Notes under the pieces: generated by a model | Databases searched by the model: none | What the model saw: only the letters and a program-made list of their open reading frames with translations | Told to the model about the DNA's origin: nothing | Assembly: GCA_024231215.1 (NCBI GenBank) | Contig: JAAEQR010000195.1 | Coordinates: forward strand, 142,755-206,754 | DNA: 64,000 nucleotides | Direction of reading: 5' to 3' | Origin: PVC group bacterium | GTDB taxonomy: Bacteria; Omnitrophota; Gorgyraeia; B26-G9 | Program-made: the position numbers and the translations under genes | Shown: positions 9,959 through 17,917 of the stretch, in pieces | Layout of the letters: each line of letters begins with the position of its first letter | Numbering within the stretch: the first letter of the stretch is position 1

Positions 9959-10864
9959 ATGAACGAATCTTCTTGTTCGATAGTTTTAGGTACCGTACAG
10001 CTTGGTTTTTCTTATGGGATAGCTAATAAAACAGGCCAGCCGGATCAGGAAACAGTCAATAACATTGTGCGTATAGCCTGGAAACAGGGTATAAGAGAGT
10101 TTGATACGGCTCAGGATTATGGAGTAAGCGAGCAGGTTCTTGGGATTGCTTTTGAAAAACTGGGTATATCATCGCAGGCAAGGGTTATCAGTAAGATAGA
10201 TCCTGAAATAGATCATTGTGATCGGGAAGTGATGGTTAAAGCAGTTGAAACATCTTTGACAAAAATGTGTATACCAAATCTTTTTGGCTTAATGCTACAC
10301 AAAGAAGAATTGTTGGAACAATGGTCAAAAGGATTAAAAGATATATTTCTTGGATTTAGAACTTCAGGAAAAGTTAAAAAACTGGGGGTGTCTGTGTATT
10401 CACCGGATAAAGCGGAAGAGGCTTTGAATCTAGAAGGGATTGATCTCGTACAGATTCCCTCCAATATCCTGGATAGAAGATTTGAAAGAAAAAATATTTT
10501 TGAGCTCGCTAATACGAAAAAAAAACAGATTTATATAAGAAGTGTTTTTTTACAGGGTCTTATCCTTATGGGAGAGGGAGAAATCCCTGACTATATGCTT
10601 TTCGCAAAACCAATTATTGATAAGATAAAGCAGCTTTCTTTAAAGTTGAATATGTCTAAACAGGAGCTGGCTTTATTATATTTAAAACAAAAAGCTCCTG
10701 ATGCAAAACTGGTTATCGGATCAGAAACAAGTCAACAGGTCATGAAAAATGTTGATTGCTGGAGGAAAGATGCTTCGAAGGAGCTGGTTTCATCTGTATC
10801 AGAGACCTTTGACCAGGTGGATGAAAAGATTCTTAATCCGTCGTTATGGAGAAGTAAATCATGA
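9959..10864 (+). CDS. Aldo/keto reductase family oxidoreductase
   Basis: LGTVQLGFSYGIANKTGQPDQETV...REFDTAQDYGVSEQVLG typical AKR N-terminus. About 300 aa. Confidence 0.7.
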   Translation: MNESSCSIVLGTVQLGFSYGIANKTGQPDQETVNNIVRIAWKQGIREFDTAQDYGVSEQVLGIAFEKLGISSQARVISKIDPEIDHCDREVMVKAVETSLTKMCIPNLFGLMLHKEELLEQWSKGLKDIFLGFRTSGKVKKLGVSVYSPDKAEEALNLEGIDLVQIPSNILDRRFERKNIFELANTKKKQIYIRSVFLQGLILMGEGEIPDYMLFAKPIIDKIKQLSLKLNMSKQELALLYLKQKAPDAKLVIGSETSQQVMKNVDCWRKDASKELVSSVSETFDQVDEKILNPSLWRSKS

Positions 10865-12654
10865 TAATTACGTTTATTCAGGCCAGAATGTCTTCAACCC
10901 GTTTTCCGGGTAAAGTGCTTAAACATATACTGGGCAAACCAATCCTGCAATTACAGATTGAGAGAGCCCGGGCCTGTAAAACCGTAGACAAAGTAGTTGT
11001 GCTTACCAGTATTTCTGAAGATGACCGGCCGATTGTGGATATGTGTAAAAAGATTAATGTGGATTTTTTTTGCGGCAGTCTGGAAAATGTTTTGGATAGA
11101 TTTTATCAGGCGGCAGTAAAGTTTAAACCGGATCATATTATTCGCCTGACAGGAGATTGCCCTTTAATTGATGCCAAAGTTATTGATGATATGGTTAAGC
11201 TCTATTTAAAAGAAGAAGGAGATTATGGTACCAATTGTGTTCCCGTAACTTATCCGGATGGATTAGATGCGGAGATTCTTACATTTAAAGCACTTCAAGT
11301 CGCGCATACTGAGGCAGTGCTTCCGTCTCATCTGGAGCATTTAAGCCTCTTTTTTGAGGAACAGTCGGAGCGTTTTAAAATAGTGAATTTGGCAAATAAT
11401 ACTGATCTTTCTTCGCTGCGCTGGACAGTAGACGAATCAGAGGATTTCGAATTTGTAAAGGCAATATTTGAGGAACTCTATCCTAAAAAACCCTTATTTT
11501 GCATGCAGGATGTTCTGGACTTGCTCAAAAGAAGGCCTGAGCTGATTTTGCTTAATAATCGTTTTAACAGGAATGAGGGGCTGTTTAAATCAAAAGAACA
11601 AGATAATGTTTTTCTTGAAGGGAAAACTTCAACTAATATGTCTAATACTGTTTCGATTTTATTCAGAGTGGATGTGTATGAAAAATTGGGGTTGGGACAC
11701 TTGTCCCGGTGCAGGTCATTAATGGCGGCTTTTTTGCATTACTCCGAATGTCAATTTGCGGTATTAAGCAATAATGAAACAGTGGTTAGAGAGTTTATCC
11801 CAAATATTGCGTTTGATTTTTACCATAACCGTAATGAACTGAAAAATACTAATTTTGATATTCTAATAGTGGATGTGCCTGATATCGCGTCTGGAGAAGA
11901 TGAAGATTTCCGGGGAGTGGCAAAATTAGTTGTTTGTATCGAGGATGCAGGCCGGGGCTTAAGTTATCAGAATATTCTTATTCGTCCGAATCTGCTTAAT
12001 TTACCGATAAGTCCTAATCTGAAAATAGCAAAGAATAATTACTGGTCGGGACGGGATTATATAATTTTGCATAATGATTTTGCGAAACAGGTTGTTCGTA
12101 ACGATGTGCCTAAAGAAAAAGCCGAAGAGTTACTGCTCTGTTTCGGCGGTAGTGACCCTTGTGGATTGACTTTACGTGCAATACCGCTGTTTAAAGAGCT
12201 TGAAGGTAATATTAGTTTTCATGTAGTGATTGGTCCAGCATTTTCATGGAAGGATGAGGTTTCTTCTATAATCAATGATGATGCTCGTTTTCATTTAAGC
12301 ATTAACTGCCAGAATATGGCAGAACATTTTTCTAAAGCGGATATCGCTTTAATTAGCGGAGGCACAATGCTCTATGAGGCTTGTGCGATGGGAACACCTG
12401 CGTTAGTTTTTTCGCAAAACCAAGAGCAGGAGATTGAAGCCAAAATATGCCAGGCAGCAGGGGCGGTTGCGAGCCTTGGTGTAAGTAAGTCTGTTTCAGA
12501 TGATAAAATTTTTAGTGCGGTAAAGAAAATTATCAGGGATACCGATTTGCGGTTGAATATGGCAAAAGCAGGGCCTAAAATTGTATCCTCTGACGGAGCC
12601 GCGCACATTGTGTCTAGTTTACTTAAATATATCAAAAAAGAGAGCATAAAATGA
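10861..12654 (+). CDS. Fusion protein: SpsF/FlmC-like cytidylyltransferase domain plus PseG/SpsG-like UDP-2,4-diacetamido-2,4,6-trideoxy-L-altropyranose hydrolase domain (CMP-nonulosonic acid activation)
   Basis: N-terminal IITFIQARMSSTRFPGKVLK...LTGDCPLID (CMP-KDO-synthetase-like nucleotidyltransferase fold). C-terminal LLCFGGSDPCGLT...ISGGTMLYEACAMGTPALV (GT28-C/PseG-like). Confidence 0.7.
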   Translation: MIITFIQARMSSTRFPGKVLKHILGKPILQLQIERARACKTVDKVVVLTSISEDDRPIVDMCKKINVDFFCGSLENVLDRFYQAAVKFKPDHIIRLTGDCPLIDAKVIDDMVKLYLKEEGDYGTNCVPVTYPDGLDAEILTFKALQVAHTEAVLPSHLEHLSLFFEEQSERFKIVNLANNTDLSSLRWTVDESEDFEFVKAIFEELYPKKPLFCMQDVLDLLKRRPELILLNNRFNRNEGLFKSKEQDNVFLEGKTSTNMSNTVSILFRVDVYEKLGLGHLSRCRSLMAAFLHYSECQFAVLSNNETVVREFIPNIAFDFYHNRNELKNTNFDILIVDVPDIASGEDEDFRGVAKLVVCIEDAGRGLSYQNILIRPNLLNLPISPNLKIAKNNYWSGRDYIILHNDFAKQVVRNDVPKEKAEELLLCFGGSDPCGLTLRAIPLFKELEGNISFHVVIGPAFSWKDEVSSIINDDARFHLSINCQNMAEHFSKADIALISGGTMLYEACAMGTPALVFSQNQEQEIEAKICQAAGAVASLGVSKSVSDDKIFSAVKKIIRDTDLRLNMAKAGPKIVSSDGAAHIVSSLLKYIKKESIK

Positions 12655-13346
12655 TTGTCGTGATTATGCAACCGACATATCTGTCCTGGTCGGGTTATTT
12701 TGACATGATGGATAATGCTGATGTGTTTGTCCTCCTGGATACAGTGCAGTTTGAAAAACAGGCATGGCAGCAGCGTAATCGAATTAAAATCACAGAAGGT
12801 CAGTCTAAATGGCTAACTGTTCCGGTAGTGCAAAATCTGGGGCAGAAAATAAGCGATGTCCAAATCAAAAACTCAGAACCCTGGAGCAGGAAACACTGGG
12901 GAACAATAGAGCAATTTTATAAACAAACAGAGTATTGGAAAACATATAAAGAAGATTTGGCGCAGATATATTTAAAGGATTGGGATAAGCTTGCTGAGTT
13001 AAATATCGCTTTGATAAATTTCCTTAAAGAAAAATTTAATATTTCAACTAAGCTGCTCAGAGCATCGCAGCTACAGGTTTCAGGTGAAAAAGTCAGGTTA
13101 TTAGTAGACATTTGCCATGATTTAAAAGCAGATGTCTATATGTCAACACCGCGCGCTGCTGATTATCTAGAGCATAACAATATTTTTGCTGAAGAGGGGA
13201 TTGCTTTGAAGTACCATCAGTACGAACCTTCTATATATAGGCAGCTGCATGGAAAGTTTTTGCCCTATATGTCAGCACTTGATCTACTGTTAAATGAAGG
13301 GCCGAGAAGTCTTGAGATTATCCGCTCCGGGCGGATTAGAGGTTGA
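12651..13346 (+). CDS. WbqC-like family protein
   Basis: MIVVIMQPTYLSWSGYFDMMDNADVFVLLDTVQFEK... matches the conserved WbqC-family N-terminus (MQPTYLPW.GYFDL). Confidence 0.8.
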   Translation: MIVVIMQPTYLSWSGYFDMMDNADVFVLLDTVQFEKQAWQQRNRIKITEGQSKWLTVPVVQNLGQKISDVQIKNSEPWSRKHWGTIEQFYKQTEYWKTYKEDLAQIYLKDWDKLAELNIALINFLKEKFNISTKLLRASQLQVSGEKVRLLVDICHDLKADVYMSTPRAADYLEHNNIFAEEGIALKYHQYEPSIYRQLHGKFLPYMSALDLLLNEGPRSLEIIRSGRIRG

Positions 13347-13374
13347 ACAGCCTGCAAATATTAAAAAGGAAAAA

Positions 13375-14076
13375 ATGAACAAAAGAACATACATTGTAGC
13401 GACTATAAGAGAATGGAATATTTCTGCTTTCAAAGATGTTATAAGTAAGTATCCAGGTACCTGGCATTTGATAACAGATAAAAAAGAATTAACAATTAAA
13501 AGAATAAAACAGATAAAACCGCGGTATATTTTCTTCCCTCATTGGAGTTTTAAGGTGCCGAATGTGATAACAGAGTTTAGCGAATGTGTTTGTTTCCATG
13601 AGACAGAGGTGCCTTTTGGACGCGGGGGCAGCCCCATACAAAATCTGATTATGCGGGGATATGAAAAGACAAAAATATCCGCTTTAAAAATGACAAAAAA
13701 ATTAGATGCAGGACCTGTGTATCTAAGAAGAGATTTAGGATTAGATGGACTGGCGGAAGAAATTTTCATAAGGTCTTCAAAAATAATAGCTGGAATGATA
13801 AAAGAGATAATTCATAAAGAACCGTTACCTAAGGCACAGAAAGGAGAAATCGTGGTGTTTAAAAGGCGTACCCCGGAACAAAGTGTTATGACTAAAAAGC
13901 TGAAGAGTTTAGATGAAGTGTTTGATTTTTTACGGATGCTAGATGTCGCGGAATATCCCCGGGCATTTTTTGAGCGTGATGGATTAAGGTATGAGTTTTC
14001 CAGGCCGGCGCTTAGAACAAGCGCTATTGAAGCCGATGTTCGCATTACAAAGTGTAAAAACAGGAGCAAGAAATGA
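13375..14076 (+). CDS. Formyltransferase-fold protein (second copy, short form), typical partner of WbqC-like genes
   Basis: PHWSFKVPNVI...CFHETEVPFGRGGSPIQNLIMRG...KKLDAGPVY resembles the Formyl_trans_N core. The internal ATG at 13375 avoids overlapping wbqC. Confidence 0.55.
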   Translation: MNKRTYIVATIREWNISAFKDVISKYPGTWHLITDKKELTIKRIKQIKPRYIFFPHWSFKVPNVITEFSECVCFHETEVPFGRGGSPIQNLIMRGYEKTKISALKMTKKLDAGPVYLRRDLGLDGLAEEIFIRSSKIIAGMIKEIIHKEPLPKAQKGEIVVFKRRTPEQSVMTKKLKSLDEVFDFLRMLDVAEYPRAFFERDGLRYEFSRPALRTSAIEADVRITKCKNRSKK

Positions 14077-14771
14077 TCTTAGAAAATTATAATAAAATAT
14101 TAACGTTTTTCGCTCATCCTGATGATGAGACCTTGGCCGCCGGAGCTACTATTTCCAGGCTTAGCAGTTTAGGCGCAAAGGTGCATATAGCTATTCCTGC
14201 AACAGGTATTCACGGGCGTCGAAATTCATCCTCAAGGCAGTCAAGAAATAATGAACTTGCTAAATTAAGAAAAGATTGTCAAAAAGCCTGTGCCGCGTTG
14301 GGTGTTGATAATAAGCATATTTATCTGGGAGAATTTGCCGATAATGAAATGGACAAGAGTTCGTTGCTTGAAGTTATTAACTGGTTTGAAGACATAATTG
14401 CTAAGGTTAAGCCGGATTTGATTCTTACTCATCATCGGTATTGCACGAACATAGATCATCAGTACTCTCATCAGGCCGCGATAGTTGCTTCAAGGCCGGC
14501 GGCAAACAGTCATATTCCGATATTATGCGGAGAGGTTCCCAGCAGCACAGGATATCTAAAGCCTGTTCAATGGGAGCCGAATTTATATGTTGAAGTAACC
14601 GAAAAGAATGTAGAAGCAAAAATCTGCGCGATGCAGTTATATGAAGGGGAGGCTCGTCCGGATCCTCATCCCCGGTCACCGGAGGTATTAAAGGCTTTGG
14701 CAAAAGTGCGCGGTTCTGAATCCGGATTTATGTTCGCGGAAGCATTTATGATCCAGCGCATATTTAGCTGA
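14073..14771 (+). CDS. PIG-L/LmbE-family N-acetyl-sugar deacetylase
   Basis: ILTFFAHPDDETLAAGATISRL...LTHHRYCTNIDH (HPDDE plus H..D.H zinc-hydrolase motifs). Confidence 0.8.
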   Translation: MILENYNKILTFFAHPDDETLAAGATISRLSSLGAKVHIAIPATGIHGRRNSSSRQSRNNELAKLRKDCQKACAALGVDNKHIYLGEFADNEMDKSSLLEVINWFEDIIAKVKPDLILTHHRYCTNIDHQYSHQAAIVASRPAANSHIPILCGEVPSSTGYLKPVQWEPNLYVEVTEKNVEAKICAMQLYEGEARPDPHPRSPEVLKALAKVRGSESGFMFAEAFMIQRIFS

Positions 14772-14790
14772 GAGAAAGCACAAAAAATTC

Positions 14791-15864
14791 ATGTATATAA
14801 CTATAAACAATAGAAAGATTGGGAAAGGTAAGACTGTATATATTATTGCTGAGTTGTCGGCTAATCATAATCAAAGCATAGATAAAGCTATAAAGCTGAT
14901 CGAAGTAGCCAAGCAGGCAGGTGCTGATGCCGTAAAAATACAGACTTATACCGCTGATACCATGACCATTGATTCTGATAAAGAATGGTTTCAGATCAAA
15001 GGGACAATTTGGGAAGGGAATAATCTATATAAATTATATCAGGAGGCATTTACTCCTTGGGAATGGCAGTCACAGTTAAAACAAGTTAGCGAGAAGCTGG
15101 GGCTTGATTTCTTTTCTACCCCGTTTGATGTTACGGCAGTGGATTTTTTGCAGGGATTGAATGTCCCGGCATATAAGATTGCTTCATTTGAGCTTGTGGA
15201 TATCCCGCTGTTGAAAAAGATTGCGATTACTGGTAAGCCGGTGATTATGTCTACAGGAATGGCGACTCTAGAAGAAATAGACGAGGCAGTACAGACGCTT
15301 GTCTTAGCGGGTAATAAACAGCTGGTATTGCTCAAATGCACAAGCGCATATCCGGCAGCTGCCCAAGAGATGAACTTAAATGCCATTAGCTATATTTCAG
15401 AGAAATACAAAGTACCGGTTGGTCTTTCCGATCATACACTGGGCAGCGCTGTTGCTGTGGCTGCGGTTGCGTTAGGGGCATGTATTATTGAAAAACATCT
15501 CACCTTGACCCGCAAAGATCCGGGGCCTGATGCGACGTTTTCAATGGAACCCGCGGAATTTAAATCTATGGTTGATGATATAAGAATCGTAGAAAAGGCC
15601 TTGGGGAAAGTATCTTTTGAAGTGACGGAAAAGGAGAAAGAAAATCGTGTATTCCGCCGGTCATTGTTTGTAGTTAAAGATATTAAAAAAGGCGAGACTT
15701 TTTCTGCAAAAAATATACGTTCCATACGGCCGGGGCATGGATTGCACACAAGATATTTAGAGCAAATTTTAGACAAAAAAGCAGTCAAAGACATAGAAAA
15801 AGGGACGCCGCTGAACTGGAATTTAGTGGAAGGGTGTAATCGGGATGAGAAAGGCAGAGCATAA
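14791..15864 (+). CDS. pseI: Pseudaminic acid synthase (NeuB family, with C-terminal SAF/antifreeze-like domain)
   Basis: KTVYIIAELSANHNQSIDKAIKLIEVAKQAGADAVKIQTY...PAYKIASFEL...STGMATLEEIDEAV...GLSDHTLG. The C-terminal SAF domain is FSAKNIRSIRPGHGL. Confidence 0.85.
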   Translation: MYITINNRKIGKGKTVYIIAELSANHNQSIDKAIKLIEVAKQAGADAVKIQTYTADTMTIDSDKEWFQIKGTIWEGNNLYKLYQEAFTPWEWQSQLKQVSEKLGLDFFSTPFDVTAVDFLQGLNVPAYKIASFELVDIPLLKKIAITGKPVIMSTGMATLEEIDEAVQTLVLAGNKQLVLLKCTSAYPAAAQEMNLNAISYISEKYKVPVGLSDHTLGSAVAVAAVALGACIIEKHLTLTRKDPGPDATFSMEPAEFKSMVDDIRIVEKALGKVSFEVTEKEKENRVFRRSLFVVKDIKKGETFSAKNIRSIRPGHGLHTRYLEQILDKKAVKDIEKGTPLNWNLVEGCNRDEKGRA

Positions 15865-16869
15865 ATGATAAATGTTAATACACGAAACATCTCTCCGGAG
15901 GTTGCAGGTACGGATAAGCAACTGGGGCTGGTATTTAATGATAAAAAGTGGATTGAATACCGTAGAAAATGGGATGAAAACCCTAAACAGGGAATTGTGG
16001 AAAAGGTTCCATTGCAGATTGATCTATTTGCGGTTGATATATGCAATTTAAAATGCCCGATGTGTCCAAGGCAGGCATTTATCCCCGGAAAAGGATATAT
16101 GGATACAAAATCAATAAAGAGAATCCTGGATCAGGGGGCAGAGCATGGATTATGTGCCTTTAATTTTTCCGGATTGGGTGAGCCGACCTTACATCCTGAT
16201 GTGTTGGAAATTATCAGATATGCAAAGGAAAAAGGTGTTGTTGATGTGAATATGCATACAAATGGAACGCGTTTAGGCGCTGAATTCAATAAAAAGCTGC
16301 TTGAATCAGGGCTGGACAGGCTTATTGTTTCGCTTGATAGTGCGGATAAACAAAGATATGAGAGTATTCGTATAGGAGCAAGCTTTGAAAAGGTTTATGC
16401 CGGGGTTGAGGATTTGATTAAACAACGAAATGACCATAAGAGTGCAAGATTGCATATTAAAGCTAACTTTATAGAAATGGATGAAAAAGATGATACTGAA
16501 AAAAATAAGTTTATAACGTATTGGAAGGGCAAGGTCGATAGGATCGCAGTGTTGCGTTATCTTGATTGTAAGGATGTGGAGAGGCTTTTTTGGAAAGAAA
16601 ACTATGTTCAGGATAATGATTTTTGTTGTCCTGAACTATGGCGCAGATTGATAATCCTGAGTGATGGCACGGCAACTCTTTGCCCCAGAGATATGCAAAA
16701 GCATCATATAATCGGAAATGTCAACGACAAAACCATTTCAGAGATATGGACAGGGGAAAAGATTCAAAAGATTAGAGATATGCACCGGAAAGGTTGTTTT
16801 AAAGAGCTGGGTTTTTGTGCGGATTGTCCTGATTCTTATGATAAAAAGAAAGATGAGCAGAAAAAATGA
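15865..16869 (+). CDS. Radical SAM enzyme with C-terminal SPASM-type auxiliary cluster domain (paralog 1)
   Basis: CNLKCPMCP CxxxCxxC motif. C-terminal CCPELW...SDGTATLCP...GCFKELGFCADCP cysteine pattern typical of SPASM. Confidence 0.75.
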   Translation: MINVNTRNISPEVAGTDKQLGLVFNDKKWIEYRRKWDENPKQGIVEKVPLQIDLFAVDICNLKCPMCPRQAFIPGKGYMDTKSIKRILDQGAEHGLCAFNFSGLGEPTLHPDVLEIIRYAKEKGVVDVNMHTNGTRLGAEFNKKLLESGLDRLIVSLDSADKQRYESIRIGASFEKVYAGVEDLIKQRNDHKSARLHIKANFIEMDEKDDTEKNKFITYWKGKVDRIAVLRYLDCKDVERLFWKENYVQDNDFCCPELWRRLIILSDGTATLCPRDMQKHHIIGNVNDKTISEIWTGEKIQKIRDMHRKGCFKELGFCADCPDSYDKKKDEQKK

Positions 16870-17879
16870 AAAGGAATTGGAAAATAAAATCAGGGGTTTT
16901 AACAAAGATAAAAAATCTTTATAAAAAAGGTGGATTAAATCCCAGGTTTTATGCGTATCGCTATTGTTTCAATAGCTATCCTGATAATTTCAAGATCAGC
17001 AAATATCCATTTGATATAATTGCGGAGGCTTCTAATGTTTGCAACCTGAGATGCTCCATGTGCTTTCAGGTCGATGATGAACTTCCGGTTCGGACAACGA
17101 CAAAAGTTCCTTTCATGAAGATGAATTTGTTTAAAAAAATTACTGATGAATGTGCGAAATATAAGGTACCTGCTTTAAAATTAAGTTGGCGGGGTGAGCC
17201 AATGTTAAATGAAAACTTCACAGAAATGATCAGATATGCAAAATCCAAAGGGATCTTAGAGGTTACGTCTTTAACTAATGCGACATTAATGCATGAAAAT
17301 ATTTGCCGGGAAATTGTATCTGCAAAAATGGATCAGATTGTTATTTCCATAGATGGTTTTACAAAAGAGACATATGAAAAAATCAGGATTGGTGCTGATT
17401 ATGACGTTGTGTGTAATAATATAAAAAATTTACTTAAAATAAGAGGAAAGTCAAACAAGCCTTTTATTAGATTGCAATATACGGAATCTGATATAAATAA
17501 GCATGAAACAGAGAGATTTTATCATTATTGGAAAGATAAGGTCGATGAAATAACTGTGTCGTATTGTCAGGATTTTGGCTCTACTGAGAAGATTGATCCC
17601 GAGGATATTCCGGCACATAGCTTTGTTTGCAAACAGCCTTTTCAGCGCTTGGTTATTATGACTGACGGGACTGTTTGTGTTTGCGCTACAGATGTTATGG
17701 GTGAAATTTCAATAGGCAATATCCAGGACTCAAAGCTTATAGATTTATGGAATTGTTCTAAAATTAATGAGCTTCGCCAACAGCATAAGGCAGGGAAATA
17801 TCAGCATAATCCAATGTGTCGTATTTGCGTGCATAATGTATTCATGGCCAACAAAAATGCGGGTCTTTCTGTTAAATAA
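16866..17879 (+). CDS. Radical SAM enzyme with C-terminal SPASM-type domain (paralog 2)
   Basis: CNLRCSMC motif. C-terminal CKQPFQRLVIMTDGTVCVCATDVMGEI...CSKIN...CRICVH. Similar length and architecture to the upstream gene. ATGA start/stop overlap. Confidence 0.75.
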   Translation: MKRNWKIKSGVLTKIKNLYKKGGLNPRFYAYRYCFNSYPDNFKISKYPFDIIAEASNVCNLRCSMCFQVDDELPVRTTTKVPFMKMNLFKKITDECAKYKVPALKLSWRGEPMLNENFTEMIRYAKSKGILEVTSLTNATLMHENICREIVSAKMDQIVISIDGFTKETYEKIRIGADYDVVCNNIKNLLKIRGKSNKPFIRLQYTESDINKHETERFYHYWKDKVDEITVSYCQDFGSTEKIDPEDIPAHSFVCKQPFQRLVIMTDGTVCVCATDVMGEISIGNIQDSKLIDLWNCSKINELRQQHKAGKYQHNPMCRICVHNVFMANKNAGLSVK

Positions 17880-17917
17880 TCTTAATGTAAGAAATTAAAT
17901 CAGGCAATGACCAATAA

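Noticed and set aside
13294-13374. Upstream extension of the second formyltransferase-fold ORF
   Set aside because: It overlaps the WbqC gene. The internal ATG at 13375 gives a compact, non-overlapping gene.
16718-16924. Small + strand ORFs inside or overlapping larger genes (16718-16924, 18354-18596, 23011-23211, 57311-57556, 63378-63590)
   Set aside because: They are alternative-frame ORFs within well-supported genes. 63378-63590 is in a different frame from the long open frame that starts at 63224.
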